Position numbers and translations under genes: made by a program. A stretch of DNA of 40,100 nt, from assembly GCA_027063985.1 (NCBI GenBank), contig JAMOQN010000169.1:1-40100 (forward strand), in the 5' to 3' direction. Position 1 is the stretch's first letter, and every line of letters starts with the position of its first letter. The DNA is from Desulfohalobiaceae bacterium (lineage in GTDB: Bacteria > Desulfobacterota > Desulfovibrionia > Desulfovibrionales > Desulfothermaceae). Under the pieces are notes generated by a model. That model was not told the DNA's origin. It was given only the letters and a program-made list of their open reading frames with translations, and did not search any database. This document shows positions 29,277 through 38,954 of the stretch, one piece after another.

Positions 29277-29798
29277 ATGGAGACAATTTTTATAATTGGT
29301 GGTTGTAAGAGTGGCAAAAGCAGCTTTGCATTAGAATTAGCGGACAAATATTTAGACCAAAAGAAGATCTATGTGGCAACTTCCATTGTGTGCGATGAGG
29401 AGATGGAAGACAGGGTGAAAAAACATAAAAAAGAGAGGGGAGATGAGTGGGAGACCTTGGAATGTGCATATGATTTGCCAGATAGACTAAATGGTGTTGT
29501 GATTAAAGGATACGTCGTGTTGGTAGATTGCCTCACAATGTGGGTAAACAATCTCTTTTATAAGGGTCTTACCATCCAGGAAATTGAAGTTGAGATACAA
29601 AAACTTTTAGAGGTAATTGCAAGAAATAGAGGGTTGTTAATACTTGTATCCAATGAAGTTGGTCTTGGAATTGTCCCATCAAATGAAGTTTCTCGAAAAT
29701 ACAGGGATGTTGTGGGAATTATGCATCAAAAAGTAGCAAAAGTGGCAGATAAAGTGTACTTTGTTACCTGTGGAATTCCAAATCTAATAAAAGGTTAA
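29277..29798 (+). CDS. cobU: Bifunctional adenosylcobinamide kinase/adenosylcobinamide-phosphate guanylyltransferase
   Basis: GGCKSGKS, YVATS, EMEDRVKKHK, LVDCLT, VSNEVGLGIVP. Confidence 0.95.
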   Translation: METIFIIGGCKSGKSSFALELADKYLDQKKIYVATSIVCDEEMEDRVKKHKKERGDEWETLECAYDLPDRLNGVVIKGYVVLVDCLTMWVNNLFYKGLTIQEIEVEIQKLLEVIARNRGLLILVSNEVGLGIVPSNEVSRKYRDVVGIMHQKVAKVADKVYFVTCGIPNLIKG

Positions 29799-29801
29799 AA
29801 A

Positions 29802-30518
29802 ATGAAAAATTTTCTGGAAGCATTACTATTTTTGACAACTATTCCTATTCCTAAAAAGATCAAATTGGAATTTTCCCCTGATAAAATAAGAGCCTATTTC
29901 CCTATAGTTGGCCTATTTTTGGGACTTATAGTGGCCAGTTTTGATTTTTTTATGTCTCAGATTTTTCAAGTTAGCACGACCTCATGGCTAGATGTAATTA
30001 TGTTTGTATTTCTTACAGGTGCACTTCACTTAGATGGACTGGCTGATACTGCTGATGGTATATTTAGTCATAGGTCCATGGAAGATATGCTTAAAATAAT
30101 GAAAGATTCCAGGATTGGTACAATGGGCGTCCTGGCCATTGTAGGCGTTCTTGGAATCAAATATTTTGGTATAAAGGGTATAGATAATAACAGATTTTTA
30201 ATAATTACTTTAATACCTGCATATTCCAGGACCTCTATGGTTATTGCAATGAAATTCTTGGGATATTGTAGGGAACAGGGTACTGCTAAAGGTTTTTTTG
30301 CATCAAATGTAAAATTAAAAGAATTTATTCCATTTGCTTTTATAATTTTTATCTCTCTTTATCTGGGTAAAGATTGCTTTTTGTTAAATAGTGTTTTTTT
30401 TATATCAACATTTTTAATTATTTTTTATTATAAAAAGACCTTGGGGTGCATAACTGGAGATACATTAGGTTGTATGTGTGAGGTTATTGAATCTATTTTG
30501 TTTTTAGTTTTAAGTTAA
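29802..30518 (+). CDS. cobS: Adenosylcobinamide-GDP ribazoletransferase (cobalamin synthase)
   Basis: FLTTIP, TGALHLDGLADTADG, IMKDSRIG, GCITGDTLG. Confidence 0.96.
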   Translation: MKNFLEALLFLTTIPIPKKIKLEFSPDKIRAYFPIVGLFLGLIVASFDFFMSQIFQVSTTSWLDVIMFVFLTGALHLDGLADTADGIFSHRSMEDMLKIMKDSRIGTMGVLAIVGVLGIKYFGIKGIDNNRFLIITLIPAYSRTSMVIAMKFLGYCREQGTAKGFFASNVKLKEFIPFAFIIFISLYLGKDCFLLNSVFFISTFLIIFYYKKTLGCITGDTLGCMCEVIESILFLVLS

Positions 30519-30558
30519 AATTGAATATTTATTAATGCATATTATATGGAGTTATTAG

Positions 30559-31113
30559 ATGCGTGTTTTTGTAGGGATTCCTTTTGTCGATGAATACAAA
30601 AAAAATTTAAAAAAAATAAAAAACAACTGGGCAAATAAATTATTGTCTAAGATTAAGTGGACTCAAGAAAAAAATTTCCATCTCACCTTATTTTTTATTG
30701 GTGAAGTTAATGAAAAAAAAGTAGATCAAATCAAAGATACTCTTGAAAATGTTTCAGTAGCTCCATTTATCTTGCAGGCAGGAGGTGGTGGATATTTTCC
30801 AAATATCAAAAGACCACGCATTCTTTGGGTGGGGACCAAAAAAGGATATGGAGAATGTATAAAACTCGCAGAAGAAGTCTCTTCATCCCTATCATCTATT
30901 GGAATTAAGGGAGATGATAGACCATTTAAGCCTCATCTCACTATAGGACGGATAAAATATGCTCATTTAAAAGACAATTGGAAGGAGTTATTAAAATATT
31001 TAAATGAGCTCACTTGGCCCGAGATAACCATTGATAGATTTATTTTATGGCAAAGCATTTTAAAACCAACTGGACCTATCTATATACCTATAAAAGAGTT
31101 TGAGTTAAAATAA
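30559..31113 (+). CDS. thpR: RNA 2',3'-cyclic phosphodiesterase (2H family)
   Basis: MRVFVGI, two HxT motifs (FHLTL, PHLTIGR), S.LKPTGPIY. Confidence 0.93.
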   Translation: MRVFVGIPFVDEYKKNLKKIKNNWANKLLSKIKWTQEKNFHLTLFFIGEVNEKKVDQIKDTLENVSVAPFILQAGGGGYFPNIKRPRILWVGTKKGYGECIKLAEEVSSSLSSIGIKGDDRPFKPHLTIGRIKYAHLKDNWKELLKYLNELTWPEITIDRFILWQSILKPTGPIYIPIKEFELK

Positions 31114-31295
31114 TTGTTGGATATACAATTAGGCCGATATAGTTTCCAAAAGAACAAGAAACAGAATAAAAATTTAGAAAAAAATTTGAAGACCTAGAAT
31201 ATATCTACCGCTCAGGATATTCGTTATAGGAAAACATCTTTAATCTAGTGTTGTTTATAGAATCTGAAAGCAAGGGCGTCTATTGGATGACAATT

Positions 31296-32309
31296 ATGAG
31301 TTATAAGCCTCCTTATACTATAACGGAAGAAATTGTTTCGTTAGTAGCTGCAATTAGTGAGGAAGTGGGAAAATTATCCGTATTGAATCGCCATGATTTG
31401 CGACTTAGACGCATTAACCGTATCCGCACCATACGTGGAACATTGGCTATTGAAGGCAATACATTAAGTGAAGAACAAATTACAGCCATTATAAACGGTA
31501 CACCTGTCATTGCCCCTCCAAAAGAAATACAAGAAGTGCGAAATGCCCTTTCTGCATATAAACAATTATCCAAATGGCGTCCAGAAAAAGAAAAGGATTT
31601 TCTGGCAGCTCATGAAATAATGATGCAAGGCTTGATAGACGACTGCGGCCAATATCGTCAAGGTGACGTAGGGGTAATGGGAGCAGGTAAGGTGTTGCAT
31701 ATGGCACCACCCGCCCTTCGTGTCCCTGAACTTATGCAGAACCTTTTTAATTGGCTGAAAACTACTTCTGCTCATCCTCTAATCTCAAGTTCAGTATTTC
31801 ATTATGAACTTGAATTTATTCATCCTTTTAGCGATGGAAATGGACGAATGGGTAGATTGTGGCAGACACTCATTTTAAGCCAGTGGCAACCTATTCTGAT
31901 TGACCTACCAGTGGAAAGTATTGTTCATGCTTACCAACAAGATTACTACCAGGCCATAAAACAGAGCACCATGCAAACAGATGCAGCACCTTTTATTATT
32001 TTTATGCTCTCTAGCATTTTAGAGACATGTCGTAAAAATACCCCTCAAGTTACCCCTCAAGTTTCCCCACAAGTAAAACAGCTGCTTTTGATTGTCAGAG
32101 AAGAAATGAGTCGCGAAGAGTTGATGAAAAGAATGAAGTTAAAAGATATTAAACACTTTCGCCAACGTTATTTGAATCCTGCCATTAAAGCAGGGCTTTT
32201 GGAGATGACACAGCCTCAAACGCCAAGGAGTCCTACTCAACGTTATCGTCTTACAAAATATGGCCAAGCACTTGTCAAACAATGGGAGGGAAAAAATTCT
32301 GATGAATAA
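31296..32309 (+). CDS. Fic family AMP-transferase with C-terminal HTH
   Basis: HPFSDGNGRMGR catalytic motif and N-terminal inhibitory TLAIEG. Start at ATG 31296 or 31287. Confidence 0.92.
   Translation: MSYKPPYTITEEIVSLVAAISEEVGKLSVLNRHDLRLRRINRIRTIRGTLAIEGNTLSEEQITAIINGTPVIAPPKEIQEVRNALSAYKQLSKWRPEKEKDFLAAHEIMMQGLIDDCGQYRQGDVGVMGAGKVLHMAPPALRVPELMQNLFNWLKTTSAHPLISSSVFHYELEFIHPFSDGNGRMGRLWQTLILSQWQPILIDLPVESIVHAYQQDYYQAIKQSTMQTDAAPFIIFMLSSILETCRKNTPQVTPQVSPQVKQLLLIVREEMSREELMKRMKLKDIKHFRQRYLNPAIKAGLLEMTQPQTPRSPTQRYRLTKYGQALVKQWEGKNSDE
32040..32075 (+). repeat. In-frame 12-nt tandem repeat x3 (TPQV TPQV SPQV)
   Basis: acccctcaagtt acccctcaagtt tccccacaagta. Confidence 0.85.
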
Positions 32310-32314
32310 TGTTT

Positions 32315-32776
32315 TTACGTATAATCTCCCCGATTTAATCTCGCCCTTTCGGATAGAGCCATTATTTTTAATTCATTTACAATATTATCTACTTCTTCGC
32401 TAGAATTTATGTTGTTATTTTTTAAGTCGTCCTCTATTTGAGACAGGTTGTCTAAAATGGATGTGAGAGTATTTTCTGATTCCTTTAAATTCCCAGAAGA
32501 TAGATTGTGGGAATATTTTTCCCATTGATTTAGACTGGATTCAATTTTATCCATGATCTTTATGTGGTCTTGATTTTGATTTAACCTTAAGGCAGCCTCT
32601 AATTCCATAAGTTCAATTGGGGTTGAGGAAACTTGTGATTTATGCGTTTTTTCTTGTTTTTGTTCAATTTGTTTTTTAAGGAAAATATCAAAATCTTGGG
32701 TAGGTGTTTTTTGCTTAGTTTTATCTGTTTGTTGGGATATAATTTTTTCAATGTCATTGAAATTAATTTTATCCAT
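32315..32776 (-). CDS. Hypothetical helical protein
   Basis: 153-aa ORF with AGGAGAGG RBS and host-like composition. No family recognised with confidence. Confidence 0.75.
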   Translation of the reverse strand: MDKINFNDIEKIISQQTDKTKQKTPTQDFDIFLKKQIEQKQEKTHKSQVSSTPIELMELEAALRLNQNQDHIKIMDKIESSLNQWEKYSHNLSSGNLKESENTLTSILDNLSQIEDDLKNNNINSSEEVDNIVNELKIMALSERARLNRGDYT

Positions 32777-32893
32777 GTCCTCTCCTTTTAATAAGGTAAG
32801 GTTTTTTTGTTAGGAATTTATTTCCTGATTCTATTTGTTTTAATTTTAAAAAGCAAGATTTTTGCCAAAATTAAAATAAAATGGAGGTCACTT

Positions 32894-33505
32894 TTGACGA
32901 TCATAGATAGGGCCGCAGAAATTATTAAAAAAGGAGGAGTTGTCATATTTCCAACTGAGACCTTGTATGGACTTGGCACAAATGCCCTTAATCAAGATGC
33001 TATAAAGAGAATCTTTGAGATAAAAAATAGATCTATTCAAAAAGTATTACCAGTTATAATTGGAGACATATCACAACTAAAGATGTTGGTAAATAGAACA
33101 GATAACATGCCCTTAGACTTGATTTTGGATAAATTTTGGCCAGGTCCTCTCTCAATATTGTTTTCTGGAAAAACCAATTTGCCCAAAGGGGTTGTTAACA
33201 AAGAAGGTTATGTGTGTATAAGGCTTACCTCCCATCCTATTGCCAGGGACTTATGTCTTTGTTCAGGATATCCTCTAGTTGCAACCAGTGCAAATTTCTC
33301 TGGCAAACCATCACCTAGATGGTTTGATGAAATAGATAAAGGACTTTTGAGTAAGGTAGATATGGCAATTAATTTATATCCACAACCTTCAGGGATGAAG
33401 CCTTCTACAATTGTAAAGTTTGTTGGATATAAAACCATACAGATAATTAGACAAGGGGCTATTTCTCTTGATGATTTAAAAAAAGTTGGTCTGGATATAA
33501 AATAA
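32894..33505 (+). CDS. tsaC: L-threonylcarbamoyladenylate synthase (Sua5/YrdC)
   Basis: IFPTETLYGLG, IKNR, FWPGPLS, ATSANFSG, PSTIV. TTG 32894 follows GGAGGT. Confidence 0.92.
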   Translation: MTIIDRAAEIIKKGGVVIFPTETLYGLGTNALNQDAIKRIFEIKNRSIQKVLPVIIGDISQLKMLVNRTDNMPLDLILDKFWPGPLSILFSGKTNLPKGVVNKEGYVCIRLTSHPIARDLCLCSGYPLVATSANFSGKPSPRWFDEIDKGLLSKVDMAINLYPQPSGMKPSTIVKFVGYKTIQIIRQGAISLDDLKKVGLDIK

Positions 33506-33534
33506 AAAAAGGGGACTTAAAAGCCCCCTTTTTT
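33504..33534. terminator. Bidirectional rho-independent terminator
   Basis: AAAAAAAGGGG-acttaaaagc-CCCCTTTTTT between convergent genes. Confidence 0.85.
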
Positions 33535-33558
33535 CGTCTTTATGAATGTTTTATTTTA

Positions 33559-35280
33559 TTATGGACGTACAATTAAGAGCCATGCCTCGGAGATTGCTAT
33601 AGTTATTATCATGTAAGGGAATGCTACTTTCATAAATTCCATAAAAGTAGTTCTATAACCTTTTGATTCAGCTATACCAATTGTTACAACATTGGCTGAT
33701 GCACCTATTATTGTTCCATTCCCTCCAAAACAGGCACCTAAGGCAAGTGCCCACCACAGAGTGTTGTGGGCATCTGGAATCACGTTTGAGAGATAACCTA
33801 CAATTGGCAACATGGTAGCTGTAAAAGGGATATTGTCCACAAAGGCAGACATAATAGCTGCAACCCATAGGATAAAAGTACACGCAGCTACAAAATTTCC
33901 CTTTGACAATTTTAATATCCAGTCTGCAATTAGGTCTAGAAGACCTGTTGATTCAACAGCACCAACCAGCATAAAAAGGAATATAAAGAACATAAGGGTT
34001 GGCCACTCAATGTCTTTTTCAATAAGCTCAATTAGATCAATTTTGTCCATAATTATAGCGATAGTTACCAAAACAGCTGCACCAAATAGCGCTGCTACTG
34101 AAACTTCCATATGCCAAATTGATTCAGTTAAAAATAGAAAGATAACAAAGGCCAAAACCCCTCCACCATAGCTAAGGAGCTTGGCGTCAGTTATTTTATA
34201 TTTTTCTTTTAACTTTAAAATAAATTCGTCCACATTTTCTATCTTTGCCTTGGCAAATTCTTTGCCCCATATGAATTTGGTATATACAACAAGTACTACC
34301 ATACAAACGAGACATATGGGTGCCAGAGCCTCAACAAATTTTACAAAGCTAAGTCCTGCATAAGAACCAATCAAGATATTTGGTGGATCACCAATAAGTG
34401 TTGCTGTACCCCCAATATTCGATGCCAATACTAAAGGAATTAATAGATAAAGTGGATTTATATTGAGCGCCACACATATCTCAATGGCAACACCAGTTAA
34501 AAGGAGCATGGTAGTTACATTGTCCAAAAATGCAGAAGTGAAAGCAGTAAAGAACATGAGAATTATAGACAACAAAAAGAAATTTCCCCTTGCCAGACTG
34601 TATGACTTATACGCACACCATTGAAAGATACCAGTATGTTTAAGTACGCCAATTATTATCATCATTCCCATAAGCAGGAATATAACATTCATATCAATAG
34701 AGGCTATTGCTGCTTCATAAGAGAGGATATGATATTCAGGATTAAAAGTTCCTATTGTGTATGACAAAATTAGCATTGTTGCCGCACCAATCATTGCTGC
34801 TATTGTCCTGTGGAGCAATTCAAAACCAATTATTACGTAAACAAGAAAGAAAATAGCAGTTGATATCCAGAAGGCCGGGCCCAGCACCCTTTTTAGGATA
34901 ATATCCCCGCTAAAGTATAAATTTTTATCCTTCATGGCCAGATTTTTGGGATTCAATTTTAATATCTCGGTCTTGTAACTGGCCTTGGATATCTCAAGTT
35001 TTATATGAAGTGATTTTTGTTCCTCTTTTGATATAAAAAATCTTGATAAGAATTTTCCATTTTCAGCAGTTTCAAGCTCATCCATCATCTTATCGCCTAA
35101 AAATACCTTTACTTCTGCTTCTCCAACTGGCTCGCCATGGGTGTTTTTTATGATTCCTGCTAGGTTTACATAGATAGCATCCTTGTCTGGATGTTTAGGT
35201 GGGCTCACGTGTCCATGACTAGCCATGGCCAATGAAGAAGAGATTAACACTACCAACAGAACTAAAAGGGTCTTTTTCAT
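33559..35280 (-). CDS. ArsB/NhaD (ion transporter superfamily) permease with extra N-terminal exported domain
   Basis: SAFLDNVTT, SNIGGTATLIGDPPN, SAFVDNIP, GGNGTIIGASAN; signal peptide and a beta-rich domain of about 115 aa precede the membrane part. Confidence 0.9.
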   Translation of the reverse strand: MKKTLLVLLVVLISSSLAMASHGHVSPPKHPDKDAIYVNLAGIIKNTHGEPVGEAEVKVFLGDKMMDELETAENGKFLSRFFISKEEQKSLHIKLEISKASYKTEILKLNPKNLAMKDKNLYFSGDIILKRVLGPAFWISTAIFFLVYVIIGFELLHRTIAAMIGAATMLILSYTIGTFNPEYHILSYEAAIASIDMNVIFLLMGMMIIIGVLKHTGIFQWCAYKSYSLARGNFFLLSIILMFFTAFTSAFLDNVTTMLLLTGVAIEICVALNINPLYLLIPLVLASNIGGTATLIGDPPNILIGSYAGLSFVKFVEALAPICLVCMVVLVVYTKFIWGKEFAKAKIENVDEFILKLKEKYKITDAKLLSYGGGVLAFVIFLFLTESIWHMEVSVAALFGAAVLVTIAIIMDKIDLIELIEKDIEWPTLMFFIFLFMLVGAVESTGLLDLIADWILKLSKGNFVAACTFILWVAAIMSAFVDNIPFTATMLPIVGYLSNVIPDAHNTLWWALALGACFGGNGTIIGASANVVTIGIAESKGYRTTFMEFMKVAFPYMIITIAISEAWLLIVRP

Positions 35281-35364
35281 GTGGTCCTCCTACCTGTTTG
35301 GAAAATTTTGAAAAATTGCTCCTATTTGGAAATTTTCTCTCTGTCAAGAGTCTATTATTAATGC

Positions 35365-36471
35365 TTAACTAAATTTTCCATTGATCCTACAATAGGATGA
35401 TGATTTATCTATATCTATTATTTTTACTCCCTTTACATACTCCTTTGTTGAATAATGGGTGATGTTCTCAAGTTTAAATGTTATTTCTTTTATCCTCTCT
35501 ACTTGTTTTTTTAGAGCCAGACAGTTTTTATTGTTGGGGTTTTCGTCTAAAATTTCTTCTAATATAAGTAGAATATTTTGAAGTGGCTGATTCATTTCAT
35601 GGCACGTGGCACCAGCCATTTCTAATACCCCTTGCAATTTTTCCCTCATTAGTCTTTCCTGGGCAGCTTTTTTTAAATCAGTTACATCTCTTGCAACTGC
35701 AATTATACAATCTCTACTGTCATATTTGATTTTGTGTGCTGACCATAATACATCGATTATTGAGCCATCTTTTTTTCTAAATTGTACTTCTGCATTACAT
35801 ATTTTTCCGTATTTTTTTAGGATTTCCTGAAGTTCGTCTCTTTGTTTGGGATCTGCCCATATCCCAAGATCAATGGAACTTTTTCCAATGACTTCTTCTC
35901 TACTGTATCCTGTGGTTTCTAAAAAAGCAGCATTTACTTCAAGATATATTCCTCGGTTTAGGGTAGATATCACAATCCAATCTGGAGATAATTGAAATGC
36001 CTTTTCAAACTTTTCTTCAGATCTCTTTAACTGCTCTTTTATAAGTTCTTCTTCTGTATTGTCTAAGAAAAATCCCAAGATTGATTCTTCTCCATTATAT
36101 AAAATAGAGCATACACTTTCTAAGATGTATTTTATTTTACCATTTTTATCTATTATTTTATTTAAAAAAGGTTTATCCCTATTGCCTTTTAACATGGAAA
36201 TTGCATACTTCCTAACTTTCTCTCTATTTTCTTCACATATTAGATCTCTGGGTAATATATTTTTTAATTCATTAAATGTATATCCAGTTATTTTTTCAAA
36301 TTGGGGATTTACATACTTAAATTGTCTTTTGGAAATGATGTATATACCAATAGGTGAGTGTTTAAAAAGTTGAGATACTATTTTAGTGTTTAGCTGAGGT
36401 CTTAATTCCAGCTTTTTTATATTATGCGCTTTTTCCATAAAATATACATTGCTCCCTTTCTTATTTTTCAT
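35365..36471 (-). CDS. PAS-PAS protein with HisKA (H-box) helix pair but no ATPase domain
   Basis: Two PAS domains (YVNP.FEKITGY; EVN.AFLETTGYSREEVIGKS), ATCHEMNQPL, then a stop about 70 aa later. The start may be ATG 36438. Confidence 0.85.
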   Translation of the reverse strand: MKNKKGSNVYFMEKAHNIKKLELRPQLNTKIVSQLFKHSPIGIYIISKRQFKYVNPQFEKITGYTFNELKNILPRDLICEENREKVRKYAISMLKGNRDKPFLNKIIDKNGKIKYILESVCSILYNGEESILGFFLDNTEEELIKEQLKRSEEKFEKAFQLSPDWIVISTLNRGIYLEVNAAFLETTGYSREEVIGKSSIDLGIWADPKQRDELQEILKKYGKICNAEVQFRKKDGSIIDVLWSAHKIKYDSRDCIIAVARDVTDLKKAAQERLMREKLQGVLEMAGATCHEMNQPLQNILLILEEILDENPNNKNCLALKKQVERIKEITFKLENITHYSTKEYVKGVKIIDIDKSSSYCRINGKFS

Positions 36472-36473
36472 AA

Positions 36474-36492
36474 AAGGGGCTGCACGCCCCTT
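36474..36492 (-). terminator. Hairpin downstream of apbE
   Basis: AAGGGGC-GTGCA-GCCCCTT followed by TT on the minus strand. Confidence 0.55.
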
Positions 36493-36516
36493 ATAGATTT
36501 ATTTTGTGGATTATTT

Positions 36517-37542
36517 TTAAGTACTAAATTTTGTCCAAGAATAGGATTTAAAGAATCTTTTTCCGTGGGCAACAGTAAATAGAGGTATATTTAGTTCATT
36601 TGCGATCTGAACTGATTTTTCAGGACTGAGGCAGAAAAGTCCTGTTGCCAGGCCATCAGCAATACAAGCTTTTTTGGCTATAACGCTGCAACTAACTGTC
36701 CTTTGTGGAGATACGACCATTTCTTTATCAATTATATGAAACAATTTTTTGGACGGTGTGAAAAAATTTCTATAATTCCCAGATGTGGCAATAGCAAGGT
36801 TGGAAAGATTGATGATTTGAATATATTTTTTTTCCATATCTGGGTCTTCAATCCCTATCTTCCATGATCTATGTTCATCCTTGTTGCCTATTGCCCTGAT
36901 ATCACCACCAGCATCTATTATTGCGTGTTTAATCCCGCACCTTTTTAGAACTTCTGCAGCCTGATCCACAATATATCCTTTCGCTATACCATCTAATGTG
37001 ATTTTTGTTCCCTTTGCCATGGTTATTTTTTTAGGGGAAATAGATAGATTTTCCCATCCCACATAGGGCAGGACTTCTTCAATGTCTTTGATTTCTGGAA
37101 AATGTCCATGAATTTTTACTTCCTCTTCTATTAATTCTAAAAGAGGCAGGATTGTGATATCAAATTTGTTTGAAGATAATTTTGATATAGATTTTGCCTT
37201 TAATAGCAAATCGTAAAGCTCAAAAGGAACATCATTTAATTTTTTGTTTTCATTAAGAAAACCTACATGACTATTTGGATCGAATCTGTTAAATATTTTT
37301 ATGAGTTGTTTTATCCTGGAAAAGGCCTTGGATTGAGCTTCTATTGCCCTGTCTCTGGATTCATCATAAATAGTGATGGTAACATAGGTGTTCATGAGCG
37401 GCAGGGTGCGTGATATCTCTTTTAATTTCAAGAATTCACTACTAAATACAGGTTCTACTGACAAGAATGGTATTGTACTTGATATAGATAAAAATCCAAG
37501 GATTTTAAGGCATTCTCTTCTTGTATATTTTTTTCTCATCAT
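36517..37542 (-). CDS. apbE: FAD:protein FMN transferase (ApbE) with twin-arginine signal
   Basis: TRRECLK Tat-like motif, FDITILPL, LDGIAKGY, AGGDIR, IATSGNY, ADGLAT. Confidence 0.92.
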   Translation of the reverse strand: MMRKKYTRRECLKILGFLSISSTIPFLSVEPVFSSEFLKLKEISRTLPLMNTYVTITIYDESRDRAIEAQSKAFSRIKQLIKIFNRFDPNSHVGFLNENKKLNDVPFELYDLLLKAKSISKLSSNKFDITILPLLELIEEEVKIHGHFPEIKDIEEVLPYVGWENLSISPKKITMAKGTKITLDGIAKGYIVDQAAEVLKRCGIKHAIIDAGGDIRAIGNKDEHRSWKIGIEDPDMEKKYIQIINLSNLAIATSGNYRNFFTPSKKLFHIIDKEMVVSPQRTVSCSVIAKKACIADGLATGLFCLSPEKSVQIANELNIPLFTVAHGKRFFKSYSWTKFST

Positions 37543-37754
37543 AATTCAATCCCCAACATTTATATGTTTTTTTGATATCTAAGTTATATTTGAGTTTCAT
37601 GTCAAGGAATATTAGATTATCAAAAATTAAATCGTATTTAATAGTTATTGAGTTTGAGTGTGCATTTTGGCTTATCAAATTTTTATTGTGTTATTAAGGA
37701 TATTTTTTTAGAATAGGAATATTAATCACTAATTAGAGATAGAGAGGTGTGAAT

Positions 37755-38954
37755 ATGGGAAATTTTGAGGTGAAAAGGAGTATTGAAGAGATAAACAAAA
37801 AGATAAAAGAGGGAAAGGCAGTTGTGGTTACTGCTGAAGAAATGGTGGATATAGTGAAATCTGAAGGTGTAAAAAACGCATTTAAAAAAGTAGATGTAGT
37901 TACCACTGGCACCTTTGGGGTCATGTGTTCTTCAGGAGCCTTTATAAACTTTGGACACACAAAGCCCAAAATTAAGGCCTCAAAGGTGTGGTTAAATGAT
38001 GTGGAGGCCTATGCTGGTATAGCTGCAGTTGACTGTTATATTGGAGCAGCCCAGGTACAGGAAGATGACCCTTTAAATAAAGTTCATCCTGGCAGGTTTA
38101 AATATGGTGGCGGACATGTAATTGAAGACTTGATCGCAGGAAGACAGGTAAGATTAAAGGTAAAGGCATATGGGACTGATTGTTATCCTTTAAAAGAGTA
38201 TGAATCAGTAGTTACAATAAATGATCTAAGGGATGCTTTTTTGTATAATCCAAGAAATGCGTATCAAAATTACAACTGCGCTGTAAATTTATCAAAAAAG
38301 ACCATATACACGTATATGGGGGTCTTGAGGCCAAATCTTGGAAATGCCACCTATTCTACTTCAGGACAACTGAGTCCGCTTTTAAACGACCCTTTTTACT
38401 GGACAATTGGGGTGGGCACCAAGATTTTTTTGGGAGGTGGTCTTGGCGTGGTTAGCTGGAGAGGCACTCAACACAATCCAAATGTATTAAGGGGAGAAAA
38501 TGGGATTGTGAAAGAAGGTGCTGGCACCCTGGCTGTTACAGGCGACATGAAACAGATGTCTCCAAGATATATTAGGGGAGTTTCTATGTTGGGCTATGGA
38601 TGCTCTCTTATGGTAGGCATTGGAATACCAATCCCCATAATAAATGAAGAAATGGCTTATTTTACAGGTCAGTCAGATGCAGATATCTATTGTCAGGTAG
38701 TAGATTATGGTATTGATTATCCCAATGCCATAGATAGATCCCTGGGAGAAGTAAGTTATCAGGAACTTAGATCTGGAAAAATAAATGTAATGGGAAAAGA
38801 AATACCAACAGCACCTCTGTCCAGTTATTTTATGGCAAGGGAGATTGCAACAAAATTAAAAGAGTGGATTATAAAAAATAAATTTACTTTAGGTATTCCA
38901 CAACTTCCCCTTCCAACAGTAGAATTTATGGGGTCAATTGATGCTAATAGTTGA
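37755..38954 (+). CDS. DUF39 homocysteine biosynthesis protein (L-aspartate semialdehyde sulfurtransferase), no CBS domains
   Basis: KRSIEEINKKI..GKAVVVTAEE, DVVTTGTFGVMCSSGA, YGGGHVI, GTDCYP, NPRNAYQNY, GQLSPLLNDP. Confidence 0.9.
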   Translation: MGNFEVKRSIEEINKKIKEGKAVVVTAEEMVDIVKSEGVKNAFKKVDVVTTGTFGVMCSSGAFINFGHTKPKIKASKVWLNDVEAYAGIAAVDCYIGAAQVQEDDPLNKVHPGRFKYGGGHVIEDLIAGRQVRLKVKAYGTDCYPLKEYESVVTINDLRDAFLYNPRNAYQNYNCAVNLSKKTIYTYMGVLRPNLGNATYSTSGQLSPLLNDPFYWTIGVGTKIFLGGGLGVVSWRGTQHNPNVLRGENGIVKEGAGTLAVTGDMKQMSPRYIRGVSMLGYGCSLMVGIGIPIPIINEEMAYFTGQSDADIYCQVVDYGIDYPNAIDRSLGEVSYQELRSGKINVMGKEIPTAPLSSYFMAREIATKLKEWIIKNKFTLGIPQLPLPTVEFMGSIDANS

